Assembly: GCA_004431415.1 (NCBI GenBank)
Contig: QPMI01000061.1
Coordinates: forward strand, 62,001-126,000
DNA from: Cyanophora paradoxa CCMP329
Taxonomy: Eukaryota; Plantae; Glaucophyta
Direction of reading: 5' to 3'
Length of the DNA: 64,000 nucleotides
Part shown: one piece after another, positions 24,306 to 33,919 of the stretch
Layout: the number at the start of each line of letters is the position of its first letter
How positions within the stretch are numbered: position 1 is the stretch's first letter
Notes under the pieces: model-generated
Databases searched by the model: none
What the model was told of the DNA's origin: nothing
The model's input: only the letters and a program-made list of their open reading frames with translations
Made by a program: the position numbers and the translations under genes

Positions 24306-26672
24306 ACCTGACGCCAGAGCGCGCGGAGCGCCGCCAGCCAACCGGGGGCAAACCCTCTAAATCCCGCCGGAAGGGAAAACGAGTGCTAGCGCTAGCACTA
24401 AGCTCGAATTCGAAGCCGGCGCCGCGCCACACGAGCCGCCGGGCCGCGGCGGCGCCGGGTCGAAAGTTCCACAGTGTAGAAGGTACTTGACGTAGAGTGT
24501 AGTAGTGTAGGACCGCAGGCTCGATCAGCAGAGCCGCAGCGGCAGAGTACGCGTTGCGGGCCAAGCTCGGCGCAGCTTGCCGCATTGCGTTGCCAAGTGA
24601 CTCGGCCGGCGGAGTCACAAGGCGGGGCGATCGGTCAGCACAGTAGAGTGTGCAGCCGCGTACGCGTAGAGCAGGCAAGCCATGAAGAGTAGAGGCGGCG
24701 AGCCAGTCGTACGGGGTCAGGCTCCGCAGCAGCAGCAGGCCACTGGTCGCATCATACAGACCCATCGCCAAGGATCCTCCACGATCGGACGGGATGGGAT
24801 ACAGCCATCGAGTCCGCCAGCGTACGCAGATGCAGCGCGTAGCCGGGGCTTAGGCAGGCCACCATCGCGGGACAGGAGACAGCATCAGCGCGGCCCGGAA
24901 TGATCATCGGTGCTCGCGTGATAGTCGTAGGCAAGACGTATGGACCTCTCAGCAGCGGAGAGTCGCAAGCGGAGGCTTGGTCGGAATCACCCGGACTAGA
25001 GCGCCGGTGCGTGCTGGCTTGGTCAGCGTGGAATCACCCACAGCTAAGCAGACCGAAACAGCGCTGGCGTCCAGCTGGCATCACCCAGCTGCCAGGTTCA
25101 ACCGATGCACGGGAATCACCCGACGGGCCGACGCAGTCGACGCGCGAACGTGAAGACTGGTCGCGGGGCATCACCCAGTGCTGCTTGCTGACGCTCCTCA
25201 ACAGACAGGTCCGCTGTCCGCCGTCCAACTTTAGCTATGGCTGCTCACGTCGTCGTAGGACGTTCCAGAGCGCATCCTTTACGCTTCTGTTGACCTTCGC
25301 CCGCCGGACAGGCCTCGGTCAGACCTCCGCCCGCTGAACAGGCCTCGGTCGCTGATCAAACGCCCCCGACAGGAAAGAACGACAGTCCGCACACGCGTGA
25401 GATGTGCGTGAAGCGACTGACATCTGGCTTGACGAGCTGGACGTCCCGGAGAAGGGCAGCTACGTCGTCGGAGCCAGGGCAAGGTCTTGGCATCTTGTCT
25501 ACCGTCTAGGTGCGACAGCGCGCACAGTAGACTTGACAACAGATAGATGCGCTTCCTCGCATAGAGATCGCTGTCAAGTGGAGCTGCGCCGGCTTCCACT
25601 GCCGCGTACGCAACCCGCAGAGCCGAGAGAGACGCGGAGCCGCACGTCCTCTGGATGCAGGGTGGAGTCAAGTGGAGTGATCCTCACGAGGGATGCCACT
25701 CGCCGCCGCTGAGCGTGCCTCGGGAGGTCCGCAGGCGCCACTGCAGCCGTCGTAGGTGAGACCTCGGGCGCGTACTGGGGCCTTGTTATCCCAGGGGCTT
25801 TCACGTCGCAGCGGTTTGACTCCATGCGTTCTTCAGATACACTCGCCACCATTGAGCGTGCCTCGGGCTAGCCGGAGGTGCCATCGCAGCCGTCGTAGGT
25901 GAGACCTCGGGCGCGTACTGGGGCCATGTTATCCCAGGGCATTCACGTCTTGGCGGGCTGACTCTGTACTTTCTGCAGAGAGAAAAGATTGATTGACCGG
26001 CGCTTCATAGCTGCCTTGCGAGCCTGGCATGTCACGAGCATGCGGGCAACTCGACAAAACAAGACGACGACGAAAAGAAGGTATGTTCATGAAGAATACT
26101 CATTCAGAGAGCTTTTATCATCATACGTCTCACTGCACGTGGACCAGAGAAGAAACGACATGCCACGACGACAAGAAGATCATCATTCGATCGGCGTCAA
26201 CACGCAATTCGATCGGTATGACGACGTGTGTAGATGTAGAGGGTGTTGCTCCACATACAATACATTTAGTAGTACGTTGTGGTGTCGTCCCCGATACAAT
26301 GCAATACAGTTTCACTCGACATGCGCGCGGGCTGCATCAGCATTTGCTCTTGAGCGCAGCCACGGCACGTTTAGATGACTGTGAGCGCATGCGGCTCAAT
26401 AGACGGGTTGGCGGACGCTTCCCACTACAGAAAGAGTGGTGCGCCAGGTCCGTAAGCAAGAAAGGCGCAGTGGCGGGTGGAAAGGCATGAACCATGCGGT
26501 TCGTATTGCTAAGCTCTGCCGCATAGGCGCTTCCCACTACAAGAAAGTGGAGGCCGTACGCGCAAGCCAAGGCAAACGATGGCGTGCTTGTCCAGGGGTT
26601 CGGGCAAGAGCGCAGCGTTCGTCCCCAGGCATACGAGCTAAAAAGTCGAAGCCCAACGCAGCAGCCCCCATG

Positions 26673-27013
26673 CGCTGAGCGGGATGCGCTAAGCAGTTGG
26701 CTAGGCCCAGAGGCGCCCCAAGCAGAGAGGGACAGGCCCGTACGGCACCGTAGGGCGGCGGCAAGCGGGTGCCATTACGTACACAGCAGGCGCAGAGCCA
26801 GCGTAAGACAGAGAGAACAAGAGAACAAGGACGTCGACAGACAGCAAGCGAGCGCCGCGCAGGGCAAGCGAGGGCCCAGGGCTAAAATAAGCGGGCCAGT
26901 TGGCAACAACGTGGCACCAGGAATAGCAGGCTACAAAGGGTACAAGGCAAGGCAAGCTGCCGGCTTAGAGCCGACGACCAGGGCTAGCTGGGAGTCGGAA
27001 AGTGGGCGGCACA
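26673..27013 (-). repeat. Right 341-bp terminal inverted repeat
   Basis: Reverse complement of 23965-24305. Confidence 0.95.
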
Positions 27014-27767
27014 TTAGTAAAGGACCTGGTCGCCGATCCGGGCCGAGCCGAGGGGTCGCGCGCTCCGCGCGCGACCCCGAGGGGAGGTCAATCAACGTTA
27101 ACGTTGAAGGCATCAAGGCATCTTCGAATTCAAGCTCGCGATGGGCGGCGCGCGGTGCGGCTCGCCGGGCGGGGCGGAGGCGCGGCAAGCGGCGGCACGG
27201 CTCGCCGGGCGCGCGAGGCCTAGGGCGCGGCTAGAATTCGAACGCGGCAGGGCGGCGCGGGGCGAGGCGCGGTGGGCGCTTTTAGAGTCAGGCGCCGGCG
27301 GCCTAGAAGCTGTCTTCACGTGTTGCAATTCAGAACGTTTAACCCCCCTTGCGCATGCGCGCACATCCTGATCATGAGACGAGCAGGGGCGGGCGGGGGC
27401 GAGTCGAAGCCTTGAAGACCTAGTATATGCATGCTGCAATCACACAACTTAAGTTACAATTAGTAAAGGACTTGGTCGCCGATCCGGGCCGAGCCGAGGG
27501 GTCGCGCGCGGAGCGCGCGACCCCGATCGCGAGGGGAGGTCAATCAACGTTAACGTTGAAGGCATCAAGGCATCTTCGAATTCAAGCTCGCGATCGCCGA
27601 TCGCGAGTCGCGTATACGTACTAGTACTATAGCTAGCTTTCACGTGCACTGCGTTCGCCCCCACTTGCCATTGGCAAGAGGGCACTTGTACCCCAGACAG
27701 AGAACTTCGTTCAACTTCCGACTCGCGGCTACAAGGGCAGCGAGCTCAATTCACGTCGTTTTCCGCG

Positions 27768-28821
27768 ATGTCCGTTTCACCCGTGCGCTCGGGATCCCGG
27801 GGCTCGTCGCCGAGCGGCAGGCGCGGCTCCCGCAGCGATGCCGACGTTTACCGGACGCGGTGAGTCTCCTTTTCGACAGCACTTCCCCTTTTCTTCTCGG
27901 CGTTACCGCGCGTGCGCTCCTCTGCGTATGCGAAGCGCGCGCGCTGTTTGAGCGCCGAGTTTCCCAGCCGCGCGACCTCGCTTGCTTGCTTGACCTCCCC
28001 TCCTCACCTTTTGCAGAATGCCGGCGACAAGAGTATTTGGCTTCGAAGTGCGCTTTCCCAGAGGTCTCGCGGACAGCGTCCGTCTCTGCGCAAGTGAGCG
28101 CGGTCGCAGGATGACACGACGCCACGCGCCGACGTCAGAGACTACGAGCACGAGGTGCGGTCAGATTTAGACGCGCCATTTCCAGTACATTTCTGGCGCC
28201 GGCCACTGCTCGTGTTCTTTCTGGCCGCTGCTCATGTGCTTACACGTACAGGTTTGCCTCCACACCGAGCTCCCTGGCAGCCATGAGATGCCTGCGATCG
28301 GACGAGATGGCGATTGTGCGTGGCGGAATTCGATGCCGCCTCCCATCGGCTCGCACCTGAAATCCGCAGACCTTGTCGTTCGCTCGCGCATCCAGCGGGG
28401 TCACACGGCACAGGGAGGGCCGACCCCCGCCCACGCCGCGGAAGCGCCCGACCACTCCCACTGCGACGCGACCCTCGAGCGGTGCGCCATGCCACGCCGC
28501 GACGCGCCTCCGCTCTCGCTTAAAAGCTCTCAGGCGCTTCCACATCCCGGGCCTCTCGAACGCTTCCTCTGATGACGTCCTTTACGCAAATCTCCGCTTC
28601 GGCGCGCTCTGCCCCGCGCGGCATGCAGAGCGGCTGCGGCTGACCCCACCCGCGCAGGGATCCTGGAGGTGCACATCCCGAAGGCCGAGCTGATCGCGCG
28701 GCGGCCGGGTGCAGCGGAGGCGGCGGCGGCGGAGGCGCCGCTCTCGGAGAAGGCTGCGGAGGACGCCATCCGCGAAGGCATCCTCTGCGACCCCGAGGCC
28801 GTCGTCGACAAGTACGCGTAG
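27768..28821 (+). CDS. HSP20 / alpha-crystallin-domain protein; 5' exons uncertain
   Basis: Spliced VCLHTELPG ... TLER|RFHIPGLSNASSDDVLYANLRF|GILEVHIPK matches the ACD strand pattern (RRFxLP...A.L..GVLxVxxPK). Stop TAG at 28819-28821. Not present as one ORF in the track. Confidence 0.55.
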
Positions 28822-28944
28822 GCCCCGAAGGCCTCCCGAGCCGGCGGCCGCCACGCCCGCCGCAGTGCGTGCTTCGCTTCGCGGGCCTCTCCCCTGTAAA
28901 TATGCTGCATCGATGCATTGCACATGGCGCGAAGCCTGAAGAAA

Positions 28945-31900
28945 CTATCCGACGCTGCCGCGCCGGTTGCCCCCCGAGGAGCCCGGCTGGGAGAGCGGGA
29001 CGCTGCCGCGCCGCCCGGCGGGGTCCTTCTTGGGCGTGGAGGGCTGTTCGCCCGAGGCCCAGGGGGGTGCTTCGCGGGCGGCCGGCGTGCCGGCGCCGCC
29101 GCTGCCGGCGCCGGCGCTCTGGGGCCGGGAGCCGCCGGGGGGCGTGGGGGCCTTCGAGGGGGCCACGGAGGGGCCCTTGGAGGCGGCGGCCCTCTCCGCC
29201 CACTGCGTCCACTCCTGCGGGGCCCGGCCGCTCAGGGGAGATGCGGGGCGGGGCGGGGCGGGGCGGGGCGGGGCGGGGCGCGGGGGCGGGCCTGCATGAT
29301 GGCGACGAGGAAGATCTCGAAGGGGACGCGCCCGACGAGCTTGGCGTGCACGTCCCGCCGCCCGATGTTCCCCAGCTGCTTCGCCTTCTCGATCAGCGGC
29401 TCCAGCAGCTGCGGCCTCCGCTTCATGAAGAGCCTGCGGGGCGCCCTCGGCGACGGCCGGCCCGGCGCCGGCAGCAAGGCGGGGCGGGGCGGGGCGGGCC
29501 TGTTGATGAGCTTGACGGCCTGCGTGTAGGCGATGGTGCAGCCGCCGGGCTTGCCGAACTCGCTCCAGAAGCGGTTTGTTATGGCGTTCGCCGCCGCCTC
29601 GTTGCTCCCGGCCTCGTCCCGGATGAGCACCGTCAGGATCCCCAGGCCCTGCCCCCGCCTCAGCGCGGGGCGGGGCGGGGGCGGGGGCGGGGCCGGCGCG
29701 CGCGCCTCCAAGTAGATGTCCAGCGCCTCCGTGTTCTGCACCTCGACAAGCCCTGCCCCGCCCCGCCGTCAGGCCCCCCGAGGCCGCCTCGGCGAGGCCC
29801 CGCCCCGCCCCGCCCCGCCCTGCGCGCACCGCACATCTGGCCGACGACGTAGACGCGCCAGTCCTTCTCGCGCTCGCGCCAGAGGGTGACGGCGAGCTTG
29901 CGGAGCCAGTCCTCGGCGAGCTTCCGCAGCCCGTACTTGTTGAGCATGAACGAGCAGACGTACTCGGCCATGACGTCGCGCGCGCGGCCCCGGGCCGCCT
30001 CGCCCCCGTCGCTCCCGTTCACCGCCGCGCCCGCGATCGCCGCCGCCATCGAAGGCTCGCCGAGGCGCGCCGCGAAGATCTCCGCCGTCAGCTGCCCCCG
30101 GCCCCGCCTCGGCGAGCGGCCGGAAGGCGTAGAGGGAGGGCGCGCACGGCGTAGAGGGAGCCGATGGTGACGCCGCGCTCCCCCGCCTGGACCGTCCCCG
30201 CCAGCGCCGCCCCCACGCTGCCCCGCCCTCAGCGAGGCGAGGAGGAGGGGGCGGGGGCGGGGGCGGGGGCGGACAAGTCGTCCCAGACGCGGGGCACGGA
30301 GGGGGCGCGCTGGGCGACGGCGATGCGGCGGAGCCAGGCCGGCTGCCCCTCCCCCGTCGCCACCGCCCGCCCCGCACCCTCGTCCCAGAACGCGTCCACC
30401 ACCTGCCCCCGCGTCAAGCGCGCAGCGGCGCCGGCGGGGCGGGGCGGGGCGGGGCGAAGCGGCGGGCCTCGTCCGCTTCGCTGTAGGCGTTGCCCTGCAG
30501 GTCCGTCCCGTTGAGCGTCTGCGTCCCGTGCTCGCGCACCTCCCGCGCCCCCGCCCCGTAGCCGGCCCCGCCGCCGCCGCCGCCGCCCCGCTTGGCCGCC
30601 TTGCCCTTGCCCTTGCCCTTCGCCGCCTTCCGCCGCTTCTTCTTGCCGCCGGCCTCGCTCCCGTCCGCCTCGCCGTCCTCCCCCTCGCCCTCCTCGCCCT
30701 CCTCCTCGTGCGCCTCGTCCGCCCCCTCCTCGTGCCCCTCCCCCTCCCCCTCCCCCTCCGCCATCGCCGCCTCCGCCGCCGCCGCCTCCGCCGCCGCCGC
30801 TTTCGCCGCTGCCGCCGCCTCCGCCGCTGCGCCGAGCTCGGGACGCTGGCCGGGGGGGAATGCGGAGGGGGGCGCGCGCGGACCGTCGGCCTCGGCCTGC
30901 TCGCGCTCGAGCTGGGCCATGGCGGCCTGCAGCTCGGGGTCGAGCCCCGCGCCCTGGGAGGACGAGGCCGCCGGCCGCGACGGGGCCCGCGAGGCCCCGC
31001 GGGAGGCCCCGCGCGAGCCGGTGCCGCCGGCGCCGCCGCCACCCGCTGGGGCGGGGCGGTCGCGGAGGGAGCGGGCGGCGTCGGCGGCGGCGCGCTCGGC
31101 GGCGGCGAGGTCGGCGACGAGGCCCTCGACCTTGAGGCGCGCGTCCCGCACCTCGCCCTCGCCCCCGCCCAGGCTCACCGCCAGCAGGTACTGCACGTCC
31201 TCCAGCCGGTCCCGGCACGACGCCAGGAACTCCGTCCCCACGCTCCCGTCCTCCCCCACCATCCCCACCAGCTCTGCCCCCACGTCAGCCGCGCGGCCGG
31301 CGGGGGCGGCGCGCGGCGCGCACCCTCCTGCACGCGGAGGCGCTTGCCGGTGATGGAGTACGAGTGCTTGAAGCTCGCCCGCTTCTTCGACGCGTTCCGC
31401 GCCCCCGCCTCCCCGCCCGCCCCCTCCTCGCTGCCCGCCTCCCCCGACGCCCCCGCCCCCGCCGCTGCTGCCGCCGCTGCTGCCGGGAGGCGGCCCGGGC
31501 GCTCGTGGCGCCGCTGGGGGCGGCGGAGGGGTCGGCGAGCTGGATGCGCCGCATCGTCTGGTTGCGCGGCGTGGGCCCGGCGCCCTCCCCCGGGGCCCCG
31601 CGCCCCGAGGCCGGCTGCGCATCGCCCGCGGGCGCGTCGCCGCCCTCGGGCTCGGCCTCCCACCCCTCGCCCTGAAGGTCGATCTGCAGGTCCTCCGCCG
31701 CCCCCTTGATGATCTTCTCTGCGCGCGGCCTCGGCGGCGGCCCGGCGCATCGCGCGGGGCGGGCGGCACCCATGGCCTGGGCGTCGGCGCGGAGGGCGGG
31801 GACGTAGGGCCCCTGCGCGGGCGCCAGGGTCCCCTTCATGTGCGACACGACCTCGAGGAGGCGGACGAGCTTCACGCGCAGCTCCGCCTCCACCTGGGGG

Positions 31901-33451
31901 GCGGAATCTGGGCGCGCGCGGGAAGGGAGGGGAAACGCGGCCTCGCGCGGGCGGGGACCTCGAGGTTGCCGGCGAAGAAGCGCGGCTGCTGCTGGGGCCG
32001 GAGGGCCTCGGGGAGAAGCTCCTGCATCCACTCGGTGGCGAGGTGGCGCCGGGAGCGCGCCTCGGGGGGCGCCATGGCGGAGATCTCCCCGAAGAACTCC
32101 CCCACGTACTTCTCGACCCGCTCCAGGGTCCGCCTCAGGTCCCCCGCCCCCGCCGCCAGCAGCCGCTTGAAGAAGGACCCCGCCTCCTCCAGCCGCTCGT
32201 CCACGAAGCCCTTCAGGTCCGCCGCCTCCGCCCCCGCCGCCTCCGCCGCCGCGGGGGGCGCGCCGTGCAGCCCGCCCGGCGTCGTCGACCCCGCGCGGCG
32301 CAGCGCCGCGTCGACGTCGCGCTGGCGCTGGAGGCGGGCGATGATGCGGCGCAGGGCGGCGATCTCGGCCTCGAGCTTGGCGCGGCGCTTGGACTCGTTG
32401 TACATGCGCCAGCCGTGGAAGGCGGCGACCTGCTCGACGACGCCGTTCGCCTGCTGCACCTTGCTCATGTACACCTTCTTCACCTCCCGCTCCCGCTCCA
32501 GCAGCCCCTTGATCTGGTGCATCAGGCACTCGTTCTGCCGCCCCGTCAGCGCCCCCGCGGCGGCCGCGGCGCGCGGCGGGGGCGTCACCAGGGCGAAGAA
32601 GGGGATGCGGCGCTGCTGCTCCTCGTGGCCGGCCTCGCCCCTCCACGGCGGCGCGTAGTTCGCGAAGCACGAGAGCATGATCTCCTCCTTCAGGCGCCGC
32701 AGGAGCACCCCGTACCGGTCGAAGACCCCGCACAGCTTGTCGAAGATCTCGCAGCACGCCACCGTGCGAAAGTCTGCGCCCCGGCTCAGCCGCCGAGGGA
32801 GCGACGCCAAGAGAGTGCGCGGCGCACAGTTGGGGACGCCGAGGTGGCGGCTGCGGTCGATGATGTGCGCGAGCTTCATCTCCGCGAAGAGCGCCAGGGA
32901 GCGGTAGTCGCCGCTCTCCTTCTGGAAGCTGGACCACCAGTCCGCGAGCAAGATGCGCTCGACGTACGTGTACTTCTCCACGTAATCGACCGTCTCCTCG
33001 AGCCCCGTGGCGAAGGAGCGCGCGTCCTCCTCCTCGCTCGGCCGGTGCGCGCCCTCCTCCTCCCCCTCCTCCCCGTGCGCGCCCCGCAGCAGCTTCGCGT
33101 CGAGCCGGAAGTTGCCCCGCTTCGGCAGCGGCGTCAGCGGCAGCTGCCGGCGGCGTCAGGGCGGGCCGCTGCGGGCGCCTGCGGGGGGCGGCGCGGGTGC
33201 GGCTTGCGCGCCTGCAGGTGCGTGCGGTTCACGAGGCCCGACGGCCCGAGGCCGAGCTCCTCGAGCATGTCGGGGCTCAGGAGCTGCAGCGCCGCCATGT
33301 CCAGCCCCGGGACGTGGTCGGGGAGCGGCCGCGGGCTCGTCATCCCGAGCTTGACCTTGTGCAGGGCCGGGCGCGGAACGTGCAGGTCCCCGCCGCTGGC
33401 GACGCCTGCATGGGGGCCCTTCGTGGTCGCGCCCCTGACCTTAGGCAGCAT
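28945..33451 (-). CDS. Large coiled-coil protein, TSNAXIP1-like / possibly flagellum-associated, multi-exon
   Basis: FRTVACCEIFDKLCGVFDRYGVLLRRLKEE resembles the TSNAXIP1 N-terminal pattern. EYVCSFMLNKYGLRKLAEDWLRKL..WRVYVVGQMCG block. Regular intron structure. Family call from memory. Confidence 0.5.
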
Positions 33452-33919
33452 TGCGGGGACCTGCGCTCGCTCCAGTCAGCGACGGCCGGAAGGTCCCTCG
33501 AGGTTGCGCTTCGCATGCCGGCCATTCGCATGCCGGTCAGGTGCGCTCCGCATGATATCATAGCTATCATAGCTAAGCTTTCTGTGCTCACCGACGCGCG
33601 AAGGGGATTGCCGCGCTGAGGTGGCGGCTGCGGGCCGGGGCTCGGCATGTTCGCGCGCAGGGGCTGTTGTGTCAAAGCGCTATGCAAACTTCCACCGCTT
33701 GCACCCCCTGGTCTCCTGGTCGTTCTGCGAGCCGCGCTGCAAACTTCGGTCTCCTGGTCGTTCTGCGAGCCGCGCTGCGCTGAGGCCCCGTAATCGCGTA
33801 GCTATGCTCTCCTCATCGTCTTAAACGCATTTCCAGATGCTCGTCGTTGAGGCTATATGTGGCTTGAAGCTTGGGCTTGGAGTCCAGCTCGCAGCTTGTG
33901 GCTTGTGGCTTGTCGGACG

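Larger units (their letters stand above)
23965..27013. mobile_element. Non-autonomous TIR DNA transposon with TGT...ACA ends and a 4-bp TSD (Ginger-like end structure)
   Basis: TTAG at 23961-23964 and 27014-27017. Neighbouring repeat units show the empty site gttacaaTTAGtaaaggac. 341-bp inverted ends. Confidence 0.88.
20094..27624 (+). mobile_element. Helitron-like non-autonomous composite/concatemer
   Basis: Starts A|TC at 20094. Ends with hairpin ctcgcgatcg-c-cgatcgcgag (27587-27607), 13 nt, then CTAG|T at 27621-27625. The same 5' head restarts at 21311 and 22530 (~1.22-kb units). No TSD and no Rep/helicase ORF. Confidence 0.6.

Noticed and set aside
24306-26672. Possible copia RT / integrase / DIRS recombinase remnants in the element interior
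   Set aside because: No convincing YxDD, DDE or RHRY motifs by eye. DIRS elements also do not make TSDs.
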